A stretch of 64,000 bases of DNA from Octopus vulgaris. Its lineage: Eukaryota. The DNA lies in assembly GCA_951406725.2 (NCBI GenBank), contig OX597830.1:65658001-65722000 (forward strand), read 5' to 3'. Positions within the stretch are counted from its first letter, which is position 1; every line of letters begins with the position of its first letter. Positions 1-12,294 of this stretch are shown one piece after another. The notes beneath the pieces were generated by a model. That model was not told the origin of the DNA. It did not search any database and saw only the letters and a program-made list of their open reading frames with translations. The translations under genes and the position numbers were made by a program.

Positions 1-56
1 TAAAATCATTATTGATGCCCCAATGATCTAATGATTTCTTTAGAAATTTTTGTATA

Positions 57-277
57 GAAGGCGGTTAGCTGGCAGAAAGGTTAGCACACGGGGCAAAATG
101 CTTAGCAATATTTCATCTGCCTTGATGTTCTAAGTTCAAATTCCACTGAGGTCGACTTTGCCTTTCATCCTTTTGGGGTCAATGAATTAAGTACCAGTTA
201 TGCACTGGGATCGATGTGACTTAATCCATTTGTTTGTCCCCTCTATGTCTAGCCTCTTGTGGGCAATAAAGAAATTA
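57..277 (+). mobile_element. tRNA-derived SINE, family A (gctggcagaaacgttagcacg...gcctttcatcctttcggggtcgat...aaagaaatag)
   Basis: Same consensus recurs >15 times, e.g. 5405, 15700, 28668, 35454, 37712, 51605, 61427, 61909. Confidence 0.85.
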
Positions 278-322
278 GAAATGTTTGTATGATATTGAAT
301 TGGATTAAATTTTATTTTCTAG

Positions 323-421
323 ACGTTAGACTCCAATGTTGTCAATAAGCACAAATTTTGCCTCCTGGAACTCCGAGAATGCATGGATACTTTCAGGTTG
401 AGGAGAGATCAAGCTAAAGAG
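323..421 (+). CDS. fry: Furry (FRY/FRYL) orthologue, internal coding exon (gene starts upstream of window)
   Basis: ttttctag| acceptor, GAG|gtaagg donor, phase 0-0; TLDSNVVNKHKFCLLELRECMDTFRLRRDQAKE resembles the FRY C-terminal KFSVLELQEHLDTY..KRE.AE segment (recalled, not searched). Confidence 0.88.
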
Positions 422-557
422 GTAAGGAGATGTTGAACAGTTAATTTTTTTCCCTTCTTATATTCTTCTAATCATAAACTATGTTTATCATTGGTTTACC
501 CAGTGTTCTCACTCCACTACAAGCAATTTCACTGCCATGTTAAGCAGTTGTTAAGGT

Positions 558-912
558 GTAGGAGTGGCTGTGTGGTAAGTAGCTTGCGTACAAACCACAT
601 GATTCCGGGTTCAGTCCCACTGCGTGGCACCTTGGGCAAGTGTCTTCTACCATAGCCTCGGGCCGACCAAAGTCTTGTGAGTGGATTTGGTAGACAGAAA
701 CTGAAAGAAGCCTGTCATATATATGTATGTGTGTGTGTATATGTTTGTGGGTCTGTGTTTGTCCCCTCCACCAACATCGCTTGACAACCAAGCATAACTT
801 AGTGGCTCAGCAAAAAGAGACCGATAGAATAAGTACTAGGCTTACAAAGAATAAGTCCTGGGGTCAATTTGCTCGACTAAAGGCGGTGCTCCAGCATGGC
901 CACAGTCAAATG
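558..912 (+). mobile_element. tRNA-derived SINE, family B (ggagtggctgtgtggtaag...gggttcagtccc...ccttgggcaagt, internal TA/TG microsatellite)
   Basis: Pol III A/B-box-like head; near-identical copies at 2519, 16665(-), 18597, 22665(-), 30785(-), 38210, 39407, 44541, 54878, 55495, 57490(-). Confidence 0.85.
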
Positions 913-1212
913 AGTATATCTGTTCTGTAATTTTATATTGTACGTAAAAAATAACCTTAGGAAAGGATCAGCATTAAAACAAAATCATATAAATAAAATA
1001 CACAAATCATCAGAGATCAAACTACCATATTTTCCAGTATACAAGTTTAATTTTTCAAACCAAACTTTACAGCCAAAATCAGTAGTTCAACTACATCAAG
1101 ACCACTTCAGGGGACCAAATGCAGCAGGATTTGGCAAAATAGTGACGATGTCTGAATGCTTACATTACATATTTACACTATATAGTACATTCACTTGAGT
1201 ACCAAGAAATAT

Positions 1213-1445
1213 CATCATCATCATCATCATCGTTTAACGTCCATTCTCCATGCTTGCATGGGTTGGACGGTTCGACCGGGGATCTGTGAAGCCAGAAGGC
1301 TGCACCAGGCTCCAGTCTGATCTGGCAGTGTTTCTACAGCTGGATGCCCTTCCTAACGCCAACCACTCCGTGAGTGTAGTGGGTGCTTTTTACGTGCCAC
1401 CTGCACAGGTGCCAGGCGAGGCTGGCAACGGCCATGATCGGATAA
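1213..1445 (-). mobile_element. Short retroposon, family C, with (GAT)n tail (ttggcgttaggaagggcatccagctgtag)
   Basis: Recurs >20 times, e.g. 4655, 27695, 31560, 35140, 36008, 38936 (25-bp TSD tgttaaagaacagtttttctaagcc), 43380, 45480, 48595. Confidence 0.85.
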
Positions 1446-1890
1446 TTAATATTTAGTGTGAATCATCATCATCATCATCATTATTTAACGTCCGTTGTCC
1501 ATGCTGGCATGGGTTGGTTGCTTTCACCAGAGCTACATCAACCTCCAATCTGATTTGGCATGGTTTGTATGACTGGATGTCCTTCCTGGCACCAACCACT
1601 TTAAAGAGTGTGCTGGGTGCCTTTATGTGGCACCGCACAAGAATTTTTACATGGTGCTATACGGATACTTATATGGGACACTGCATGGGCACTTTTGTGT
1701 GGAACTGCCACAAGTGCATTTCACTACCAGAGGGGCTGGTCTTAGAACTTCAGCCCTGGATTACGAGTTTTCTTGAGTACAACAAGGTGCCAGTTAGAAT
1801 GGCCATTGACTCATGTGAATTCCTCTGCCTTTTAAACGTAATTATTAAAAATGATGTTAATACTTCTCAAACACATGTAACCTTTTTTAA

Positions 1891-2111
1891 CCCTTTCGTT
1901 TCTGTATTTATTTTGAGATGCTCTGTGTTTCTTTCAATTACTTTAAATATAACTAAGTATTTCGTAAAATAACTTAGTAATCATTCAGCTAGTGTTAGGA
2001 ATATAAATTGCAACTAAGGTTTGGTGGTATATTTTGATGCAAAACTTATGAAAACAAGACATTTGTACTACAGAGCCAGAGCTGGTTTTGGCCGGGTTGG
2101 TAACAAAAGGG
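1891..2111. mobile_element. piggyBac-type MITE
   Basis: TTAA|CCCTTT ... AAAGGG|TTAA termini; second copy at 34136-34332. Confidence 0.8.
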
Positions 2112-2940
2112 TTAACTGGCCATGAATTTGCTATGCCATCATAAGTTTCTGGATTTCATCCTACTACATGGAATTTTGACCAAATGTCATTTATCATAAC
2201 TTCATGGAAAATTGAAGAGATGAAATCTGTGAGGAAATCTATTAGAGAGTCTGTGCTTGTCTTTGTATAAAAATCTTCCCCCATTGTCCAGTTTAATATC
2301 ATAATGTCTCTCTGAGTGCCTTCAGTGGAGTCCACTGTATTACAAACATTCAGAGCAGGTTTTCAATCTGAGAACAACTCAATATTTTGAAGTAACAAAA
2401 ACACAGAAAATATCGCTACTTACTCCTTCAATTTCCTCTATTAGTCTTGGAGACTTCAAAAACATCACAGATGCTGCCATTCCTCCTATGACTAAACCAT
2501 TAAATAAATACAACCTAATCGCAGGAGTGGCTGTGTGGTAAGTAGCTTGCTAACCAACCACATGGTTCCGGGTTCAGTCCCACTGTGTGGCATCTTGGGC
2601 AAGTGTCTTCTGCTATAGCCCCGGGCCGACCAATGCCTTGTGAGTGGATTTGGTAGATGGAAATATATGTGGGTGTGTGTTTGTGTGTCTGCTGTGTTTG
2701 TCCCCCTAGCATTGCTTGACAACCGATGCTGGTGTGTTTACGTCCCCGTCACTTAGCGGTTCGGCAAAAGAGACCAATAGAATAAGTACTGGGCTTACAA
2801 AGAATAAGTCCCGGGGTCGATTTGCTCGACTAAAGGCGGTGCTCCAGCATGGCTGCAGTCAAATGACTGAAACAAGTAAAAGAGTAAAGAGAGAGTAATC
2901 TCAGACATTTAGATATTGAAATTGTGTTTTATTTTTTCAG

Positions 2941-3012
2941 AGCCTCAACATCATTATTTCATCTGAGAAACAGAATGGTTCAGATTTAAATTCAACTTTC
3001 CACAGTAGAGAG
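2941..3012 (+). CDS. fry: Furry orthologue, internal coding exon
   Basis: ttttttcag| ... GAG|gtacgt, 72 nt, phase 0-0, SLNIIISSEKQNGSDLNSTFHSRE; in frame with flanking exons. Confidence 0.75.
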
Positions 3013-3115
3013 GTACGTCATATGTTTTGTTAGAATGTCTTTCTTTACATGTCTTTCAGTCTATATATCTTTTATATCCTTGTGGATAATAGTGGGGAAA
3101 GAATTTACACAATGC

Positions 3116-3585
3116 GATCATCATCGTCATTGTTCGACTGTGGTCGAGACAATGGAATTTACTATGCTATGCCAGACTTCACAGTCCATCATGGTATTAC
3201 GGAGGTCCTGTTGCTGGATGCCTGTATCCCTGGAGATTACATCAGGGTAGGAGAGTGTGCGCCCTCTGGTATCGCGAGTAGATGGCTTCCAGAGGAGAAG
3301 AGTAGAAATTACCTCGTTTTCAGCTCTACAACAATGTCCAGCAAGCTGGACTCTCCTACCTTTCACAGGAGATGACACAGGTGGTATATTCCCATATATT
3401 TCAATTTTGGTTGGATGACGCTTCCACGAGAGATTTTGAGCTCTCATAAGGAGGCGAGTGTAGGTTCCATCCAACCGCCTCTCAAGCTTCTTTGATAATG
3501 TCCAGGTTTCTGAGCCATATAGTAGAATTGGTTCGACTGTGGCTTTGAAGATTTTAAGTTTGAAATCTCCACTTAGATTTGATGA
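3116..3585 (-). mobile_element. RTE-clade LINE 3' fragment (RT C-terminus)
   Basis: KLKIFKATVEPILLYGSETWTL...RLLMRAQNLSWKRH typical of the RTE thumb region; short (GAT)n tail; acaatgc on both flanks. Confidence 0.85.
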
Positions 3586-4051
3586 CAATGCAATACAATC
3601 ACTATTACACGAGACTCAGTGCTCTCTATCAATGGCTCACAGTGACTGCTTACCCACCTGAACAGCCAATCACTCACAGTTCCTTGTGTTATAGCAATGA
3701 ATCAGTCCACCTTTAGTCAGTTGTGGGGGTGGTCATAATCCTTCCACAACAATATCATTCTGTGTGTTTTTCTATCAACATGTCACTCTTCCTGTCCAAT
3801 GGTAATTTTTCTGTCTACATTTTTGTATCTAAGCCCATTTCTCTATACATTAGCTAGTCTCTCTCTCCACCCCTCTACACATCACCCAGTATATCTACCC
3901 TACTCCACACAGCAGGCCGTTTGTCTCTCTCTCTCTCTCTCTCTCCCCTCTCTGCTGACACTCTTCTACATTTGTCTGGCCACAATTAGTCTTGTTTCAA
4001 CCAACACAACAATTATGTCATTGACTTCTCCTTTATTGTGAACTCCTAAGT

Positions 4052-4330
4052 GAAGGCACATGGCTTAGTGGTTAGAGTATTCAGCTACAATCATTAGGTC
4101 ATAAGTTCAATTCCCGGTGGCACACCATGTCCTTAAACAAGACATTTTATTTCACATTGCTCCAGTCCACTCAGCTGGCAAAGATAAGGTGTACCTGTAG
4201 TTCTAAGGGCCAGCCTTATCTCATTCTGTTTCATGCTGAAGCGCCCTGAGAATTACTTTAAAGGTACACAGGCTGTTCCATTGATCAGATCAACTGGAAC
4301 CCCCATCGTTGTAACTGGCAGAGGGTCAGT
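4052..4330 (+). mobile_element. tRNA-derived SINE, family D (gaaggcgcgtggctcagtggttag...gagttcgaatccc)
   Basis: A and B boxes; related copies at 16159, 41942, 46189, 59368, 60620(-). Confidence 0.8.
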
Positions 4331-4471
4331 AATTATCGTCTACATATCAGTTTGTCATTCCATCCATCTTTATATCAGATGTTCTTTTTTCAAAATAGAC
4401 TCCTGACCAGAGATGGAACCTCGACCAATCTCAAACGCTTACCATTTACAATGCTGTTCTTTCAATTTCAG

Positions 4472-4582
4472 AAATTAAACATGTGCCGCTGTCTCTATAA
4501 ACTAATTTTTCAACTGATGTCATTGTTTGAAAGTTACTCCAAAGTTCTGGATATTGTATATAATTTGGACATTCCCACCCAG
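4472..4582 (+). CDS. fry: Furry orthologue, internal coding exon
   Basis: atttcag| ... CAG|gtacaa; KLNMCRCLYKLIFQLMSLFESYSKVL matches the FRY motif LELC.RLYKLHFQLLLLFQSYCKL. Confidence 0.92.
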
Positions 4583-4966
4583 GTACAACAAATTGCATTT
4601 TTAATTTTTAATTTTTTTATCTTCTATAAAAAATTTTAAAAATAATTGAGCGAGGTCATTGCCAGTACCGCCTGACTGGCCCCCCGTGCCAGTCAGGCAC
4701 GTAAAAAGCACCCACTACACTCTCGGAGTGGTTGGCACTAGGAAGGGCATCCAGCTGTAGAAACTCTTCCATTTCAAGATTGGAGCCTGGTGCAGCCATC
4801 TGGTTTGCCAGCCCTCAGTCAAAATCATCCAACCCATGCTAGCATGGAAAGCGAACATTAAACGATGATAATGATAATGATGATGATGATGATGATGATG
4901 ACTTCACTCCTTTGATCAATATTGATATTACTACTACTGCTGCTACTACTACTACTGCTGCTGCTG

Positions 4967-4999
<33 letters not shown>

Positions 5000-5356
5000 T
5001 TACTACTACAGATTTTTGTTGATTTTAGGTTGCCACATAGTAAATATTTCCTGCTGACCAACATTACATTCTATCCTGCTATTGGTCAGCAGGAGATATT
5101 TACAATGTGGCATCCTCACCAGAGTCGGTGGCATGGAAAAAGCAAAAGCATCCTGTACACATTGTGAAGTGGTTGGTGTTAGGAATGGCATCCATCCATA
5201 GAAACCATGCCAAAGCTGACACTGGAGCTTTGGTGCAGCCTTACAGCTTACCAGATCCTCTCAGACCATCCAATATGGAAAACAGTCATCAAATGATGAT
5301 GAGGAGGACAATAATGACGATGATGATGATGATGATAATTATTATTATCATCATCA

Positions 5357-5393
<37 letters not shown>

Positions 5394-5635
5394 TTTTTTA
5401 TTAAGGCAGCAAGCTGGCAGAATCGTTAGCACGCTAGACAAAATGCTTAGTGGTATATTGTCCGTCTTTACATTCTGAGTTCAAATTCCACTGGGGTTGA
5501 CTTTGTCTTTCATCCTTTCAAGGTTGATAAAATAAGTACCTGTTATGCTCTGGGGTCAATGTAATTGACTTGCCCCCTCCCCCAAAATTTCAGGCCTTTA
5601 GTAGAAGGGATTATTATTATTATTATTATTATTAT

Positions 5636-5913
5636 TTTTTTTTTTGCTTCTTTCAAATTTGCTTTCATTTCTTGCCGAGTGTCTTCCCGACTCCTAGGGC
5701 AAAGAAACTCATAGTATACATTGGTAGGCCATTAAACTAAACTCAATAGTCCGTTCATTTTTTTTTTTTTTAAGTTAAATTAAAATGGGTAGTAATAGTT
5801 CTTACAGCGACAATGCTCTTCTCAATACGTGTGATGTACCAGTTAAGACAATCTTTTGCACTTCTTGCAGGGATGGTAAGCCAGGGATCATTCTCATATA
5901 ATTTTCGGTTCCC
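5636..5913 (-). mobile_element. R4/Dong-clade non-LTR retrotransposon 3' end inserted in (TAA)n
   Basis: Minus strand encodes KGTENYMRMIPGLPSLQEVQKIVLTGTSHVLRRALSL*, the typical R4/Dong C-terminus; followed by 3' UTR and poly(A) abutting (TAA)n. Confidence 0.78.
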
Positions 5914-6037
5914 TTCCACTAGGGTTGACTTTGTCTTTTCATCTTTTCAAAGTTGATGATCATAAGCTTTTCATGCTCTGGGGTCAATGTAATTGACTTT
6001 CCTCTTCCCCTGAAATTTCAGGCCTTTAGTAGAAGGG

Positions 6038-6078
<41 letters not shown>

Positions 6079-6622
6079 GATTATTATTATTATTATTATT
6101 GCTATTATTATTATTAAGGCAGTGAGCTAACAAGAACGTTTGCATGTCGGACAAGATGCTTAGCAGCATTTCATCCATCTTCTTTATGAGTTCAAGATCT
6201 GCCGAGGTCAATTTTGCTGCTCATCCTTTCAAGCTTGATAAATTAAGTACCAGTGAAAAACTGGGGTCAATGTAATTGACTTACCCCTCTCCACAAATTT
6301 CAGACCTTGTGCCTATAGTATTATTATCATTATTATTATTACTATTATTATTACTACTATTATAATAATAATATTATTATTATTATTAATTGAATAGACT
6401 ACAGCTGCTCCAACACATCATCTCTGTATGTGTATATAAGTACAAGTTATAATATGTAATAGAAATTTCTGTAAGGTCAAAGGATCACCAAAACCCAAGT
6501 AGAGACCACAACAGGACAGTTTGCTTAGTATATAGAACTGATATGTAACAAGGTAAATGGAGAAAGAAACACACCCTTCCTCGCTACTTCTGATTAAGAA
6601 ATGCTTCTGTTTACTTTTCCAG

Positions 6623-6819
6623 GTCGTTAATATATCCTCATCAGTCACAGCTATAAAGAAGAATCTTACCCAAATCTGGATGGACTTGGAAAATGGACAC
6701 AACAAATTCTTTGACTTGGATTCCAATGCTGAAACCAAAGAGGAAGTTGTTGCCTGTCTAATTCAGTATATAACGGCACACCATTATCTTGAGGCTATAC
6801 AGTTGTTACGTCTTTTCAG
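6623..6819 (+). CDS. fry: Furry orthologue, internal coding exon
   Basis: cttttccag| ... TTCAG|gtgaca, phase 0-2; VVNISSSVTAIKKNL...EAIQLLRLFR. Confidence 0.88.
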
Positions 6820-6889
6820 GTGACAAATCTTATAGAAATATCTGTCCTCAGTGACTGGCATTTCAGGCTTTTGTGTTTGTGTGTATATA

Positions 6890-7215
6890 CCTGTCTGTCT
6901 GTCTGTATGTATGTATGTATGTATGTGTATGTGTGTGTGTATGTGTGTATGTATGTATGTATGCATGTATATGTGTATGTATGTATGTATGTATGTATGT
7001 ATGTATGTATGCATGCATGCATGCATGTATGTATGTATGTATGTATGTATGTATGTATGTATGTATGTATGTGTGTATGTATGTATGTATGCATGTATAT
7101 GTGTATGTATGTATGTATGTATGCATGCATGCATGCATGCATGCATGCATGTATGTATGTATGTATGTATGTATGTATGTATGTATGTATGTATGTATGT
7201 ATGTATGTATGTATA
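6890..7215. repeat. (TATG)n/(CATG)n compound microsatellite
   Basis: Direct reading; source of several spurious ORFs. Confidence 0.97.
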
Positions 7216-7359
7216 TTGTTATTCAGTTTTATTTCAAGATTTCTTGCAAATAGAGAAAGAGCTGATTTCTAACTTAGATCCAAAGTGCCTTCATTGGAAT
7301 TTCAACATCAACAGGGTGTTTTTGTATGTACGTATGTATGTATGTATAATAATAATAAT

Positions 7360-7862
7360 TGTGTACAGTGCTCAGATGCACTACAACTCATCTAAAGTGC
7401 ATATATAATCAGGTGTAGTTTCAACGGATTTCGGAAAGCATGAGGGCCTTAAAGGATGCAGTGTCATGGCAGTCAACAACTGACGCAGGCAGTTTATTCC
7501 ATGCTTCAGCAACTCTGAGCGTGAAAAAATGTTTCCGAAAGTCATGGGAGCTGTGTTGTTTTCTGACTTTGTAGGCATATCCACGTGTGTTAGACACATG
7601 GAGATCAAAAAGGTGTTCAGTGTTGTTGTTGGTGAGGTGGTTGATAACTTTGTGGGTGTTTACCAAGTCCGTCGCCAAACGCCGGAGCTTCAGTGAATCC
7701 ATGCCCAGGGAAACAAGGCGCTCAGAATATGGTAGGTGTCTGATGGAGGGTATGCGTTTGGTTGCACGTCTCTGAACAGATTCCAGGAGGTCAATGTTCT
7801 GAGCAAGATAGGGGTTCCAAACTGATGATGCGAATTCCAAGTGTGGTCGTACAATAGCTGTA
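7360..7862 (-). mobile_element. CR1-clade LINE 3' fragment
   Basis: EFASSVWNPY...LESVQRRATK...YSERL...NTRG...RKHFFTLRVAEAWNKLP; same family at 62900-63280. Confidence 0.88.
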
Positions 7863-8370
7863 TGTATGTATGTATGTATGTATGTGCATGCAGATTTGTA
7901 TATTTTGTTTTATGTATGTATTCTCATGCATACGGTTGCATGCCTAGACATGCTCATGTATACTTAAGTGATAAACTTCTGGAAAGCTTTACAGATTTTT
8001 ACAGTTCCAGTGATGGATCTGTTGTCTTTTAATCAGCTTTCTCCGTTCTGGTTTTATGTATGTGTGTGTGTGTGTGTTTGTTTGTTTTTACAGTCATTAT
8101 TCCATGCTGGGTCATAACATAACAATCAGTAATGAAGATGTAAAAATAATCAGGTAGATGAACACTGAGTGTGCATAACATACATCACCCATACACACAC
8201 ACACACACACACACACGTGAGACATACACACACATAATACAACATATCTATCTGTGTGTATGTGTGTGTGTGCATATATGTGTGTGTGTGTAAACAAACA
8301 CAGCAAGCTGTATGTACATATCTCTCTCTATATATACATATACATACATGCATACATATATATATATATT

Positions 8371-8413
<43 letters not shown>

Positions 8414-8452
8414 AAATATGTATATATCATAATTTTTTTTTGTTTGTTTTAG

Positions 8453-8547
8453 ATCTGAATGGCCTGCTGATATATTTGGGTCTACTTCAGATGACGACAT
8501 TCAGGTTTTGCTCAATATTTATTGCTGTTCTTTGGCAGAAAATAACA
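8453..8547 (+). CDS. fry: Furry orthologue, penultimate coding exon
   Basis: tgttttag| ... AACA|gtaagt, phase 2-1; RSEWPADIFGSTSDDDIQVLLNIY matches FRY [24 protein letters not shown]. Confidence 0.93.
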
Positions 8548-8914
8548 GTAAGTGGTCTTCATATATCATTTTGTTTTGATGTTCGGTCTTTAGTATAATT
8601 TTTGCCTGCTTCTTTCTTTCTTTGTAAATGACATGTGTATGCAGAAACAGAAGAATATACGTAATTATATAATTTTAATGTGTGCTAACTGGGAACAAAA
8701 CTTATGGTCTTTTTATAAGAAAAGTAATTAACTATGCTGATGTTCAGAAGCCATATAATATAATCTCTTTGTATTATATTATGAATATAAATATATATGT
8801 ATTATGTCAAAGAATTGTAATCTCAGTTGTTGACTTTTTTTAATTGAAAATTTAGACAATTTAATAATTACTTCTTCTATAGCAAGACACCGGTGTCTGC
8901 CTCTTTGTCTCTCT

Positions 8915-9511
8915 TATTTCTTTATTGCCCACAAGGGGCTAAACATAGAAGGGACAAACAAGGACAGACAAAGGGATTAAGTTGATTACATCCACCCCAG
9001 TGGGTAACTGGTACTTAATTTATCGACCTCGAAAGGATGAAAGGCAAGGTCAACCTCAGCGGAATTTGAACTCAGAACATAATGGCAGATGAAATACCTA
9101 TTTCTTTATTACCCACAAGGGGCTAAACACAGAGGAGACAAACAAGGACAGACAAAGGGATTAAGTCAATTACATTGACCCCCAGTGGGTAACTGGTACT
9201 TAATTTATCGACCCCGAAAGGATGAAAGGCAAAGTCAACCTCAACAGAATTTGAACTCAGAACATAACAGCAGACGAAATACCTGTTTCTTTACTACCCA
9301 CAAGGGGCTAAACACAGAGGAGACAAACAAGGACAGACAAAGGGATTAAGTCAATTACATTGACCCCCAGTGGGTAACTGGTACTTAATTTATCGACCTC
9401 GAAAGGATGAAAGGCAAAGTTAACCTCAGCGGAATTTGAACTCAGAACGTAATGGCAGATGAAATACCGCTAAGCATTTCGCCCAGCGTGCTAACGTTTC
9501 TGCCAGCTCGC
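8915..9511 (-). mobile_element. Trimeric head-to-tail family A SINE concatemer within a single TSD
   Basis: Units at 8916, 9099, 9284 (~184 bp); gcctctttgtctctct on both sides. Confidence 0.85.
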
Positions 9512-10104
9512 CTCTTTGTCTCTCTGTCACACTCTAACCTTTCATCATCTGACACAAGATCACCTCCTCTGATGCTCCCCGCCTCGCCCTTTCAAAGATT
9601 GTTTGTTTCGCAAGTTACTTGGTGATCCTCAAGTGCTGCTGCCACATAAAAAGCATCCCGTCCACATTGAAGTGGTTGACATTTGGAAGGGTATCCAGCT
9701 GTAAAAATCATGCCGAAACTGACCTCACCTGTGTTGGTACCACGTAAAAAGCACTGTCCACTCAGCAGGGTGATTGGTGTTAGGAAGGGTATCCAGCCAC
9801 AAAAACCATGCCAAAACAGACAAAGAAGCCTAGTGTAGTCTTCTGCCTGGTTGGCGCCTGTCAAACCATCCAACCTATGCCAGCATAGATGGCGGACATT
9901 AAACAATGATGATGATGATGATGATGATGATATATGATACAAATCCCAAACTGAAATAAAAGCAAATATGAGAGAAAAAAGAAAACATTAACTCAACACT
10001 AAGTGCTTCAATTTTTCACACATCACAAGGTTCAACGGAAGCAAGCTAATATGCTTGCAGCATTACCACAAGCGATGGCAAGGCTAAGGTGTTGGAACAG
10101 CCAA

Positions 10105-10620
10105 AGGAAGTACCTCCCCCTCCTCGGAACTTTCCAGGAAGCTGCATATTCCCTGTCCTCCACTTCTCATAAGTTTCCAGGATGTACCTCCCTCTCCTTG
10201 GAACTTTCCAGAAAGATGCCTATTCCCCTTCCAGGAAGTTGCCTGTTCCCCTTCATCCCCGTCCTCAGAACTTTACAGGAAGTACCTCCCCTTCCTCGGA
10301 CCTTTCCAGGAAGTTGCCTATTCCCTTCCTCCCCTCCTCGAAACTTTCCAGGAAGTTGTCTATTCACCTCTCCCCCCTCCTCGGAACTGTCCTGGAAGTA
10401 TCTCCCCTCCTCAGAACTTTCCAGTAAGTCACCTATTTCCCCTCTTCAAAACTTTCCTGAAAGTTGCCTATTCCCCGTCCTCAGAACTTTCCAGTAAGTT
10501 GCCTATTCCCCTCTTCGGAACTTTCCTGGAAGTTGCCTATTCCCCTCTTCGGAACTTTCCTATTCACTTCTTCCCCTTCTTGGAACTCTCCTGGAAGTAC
10601 CTCCTCCTCCTTGGAACTTT
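10105..10620. repeat. Degenerate ~33-37 bp minisatellite (ggaactttccaggaagttgcctattcccctcctc)
   Basis: Recurrent core; C/T-rich strand bias; lies in the last fry intron. Confidence 0.85.
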
Positions 10621-11892
10621 TAATGCCCCCCCTTCTCTCACATCTTTTGTCCACTGCTTTTTTTAAAGAAGAAAAGCAAAGTCAATTGTTCATATAGTTC
10701 CTAAATGTTTTAAATGACCATCTAGTTTTATCCCAAGTTGTGGTGCATTGATAACTTCCAATTTTAGAACGAAATAAATTAAAATTTATCTGCATCTACT
10801 TGCGAAAAAACAAATGAAAAAAACAAAAAAGAATGAATTACATAGAAGTATAATAAAATAAGTATATAAAAGTTTTAAAAACTTTCTCAGCGATTCTCCC
10901 CCCCCCCCCTTGAGGGAAATTTCTCCCTCTCCCCATTTTATTTCTTGTGAGCTGGCTAGGAAGAGGACTGCACCAGGTGCTTCACTGTCTGTTTTGGCAT
11001 GGTTTTTACAGATGGATGCTCTTCCTGACACCAACCACCTTACAGAAATCAACATCAGAATCATGATCAAGAATTCTAACTTTTGGGATCTAAAAATGAA
11101 AAGATGGAAACGATAACAGGATTTCATTATCTTAAACATTCCCCATTATTATCATCATCACCACCATTACTATTATCTTGATTCTAAGTTCCCAGGCTTG
11201 TCCCATGGTATCACACTCCCTACTTACAACTTCACTATTTAGTGTCATGTACTAATCTGGGCATAATTCTCTCTGCCTCTTAAGCTAAAAGCAACAACAG
11301 ATGGCAGCAGTAGCAGTCACCAGTCAAATTTCACATGTGTGTGTGTGTGTGTGTGTGTGTCAGATTTTGCTCACAAGGCTTTGATTGGCCTAGGGCTATA
11401 ACTGAAGAAAGACACTTACCCAAGACACCATGCGGTCAGAATGAATTGGAAATGATATCGTTTGGAAGCAAGCTTCTTAACCTCACAATCACACCTAGGT
11501 ATAACATATTAGCGTATTCAGAAATAAAAATTTATTGTTTTCCATGCAGGTGGTGTCTCCAATGTAACCAGCTTGAGTGATTTATTTTCTTAAAGAAATT
11601 ATTTTTTATTTTGTTGCTTTATAAGACCAAGATCATAACTGTGAGCTAATGGGTAATTAAATCCAAACATTTTCTCCAACAGTGACAATATTATTGCATA
11701 GAATTAATTTACATGCCTTATGTTGCATTTTGTTGTACATTGGTACAAGTGTAGCTGTGTGGTAAGAGGTTTGCTTCCCAACCACATATTGTTTATGCTA
11801 GAGGTGATGTTGATGATGGTAATGAATAATGATAATTATTAATGATGAAATGACCTAACAACTTACCAAGTTTTTTTTTTTATTATTTGCAG

Positions 11893-12023
11893 GTGTGTTT
11901 GTGGCGACCCTGTGTGAATCTGGTACCAGTCAGATTGCAAATAACTTGATGGAACTCAACGCTACACTCTCTCTGCTTAGTTCCTCCTTGGTGGGCCGGG
12001 GCAATAAACCACGGAATGTATAA
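11893..12023 (+). CDS. fry: Furry orthologue, terminal coding exon
   Basis: tttgcag| phase 1; SVFVATLCESGTSQIANNLMELNATLSLL...RNV*, LMELN motif as in the FRY C-terminus; TAA at 12021-12023. Confidence 0.88.
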
Positions 12024-12110
12024 AGAAATGAAGTTCTCAACTCACTCATCTTTCTCTTAACAGCTCAATCTTGTCTCCCAGATCACTACATCTCCCCCTC
12101 CAAACTACTA

Positions 12111-12294
12111 AATAAAAATCACCATTTTACCAAGTCTTTCTCTGTGATTATTAAATTGTATTAAACAATTTTCATTAATATTTTATTCCGGTGTAAAAAA
12201 AAAAAAATGAGAAAAGCCTTTCAGAAACATTTTTTCTTTTATTGTTGTTTGTTTGTTTTTGGAATTATATCATAAACGTTAAAATCAAAATAAA
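12111..12294 (+). promoter_or_regulatory. Candidate fry polyadenylation signals
   Basis: AATAAA at 12111-12116 and 12289-12294, the second followed by a T/GT-rich tract. Confidence 0.5.

Noticed and set aside
6784-7408. Cluster of 95-185 aa ORFs
   Set aside because: Pure (TATG)n microsatellite translations
10003-10697. 164-aa and overlapping Pro/Ser-rich ORFs
   Set aside because: Arise from the intronic minisatellite; no splice signals in frame with fry
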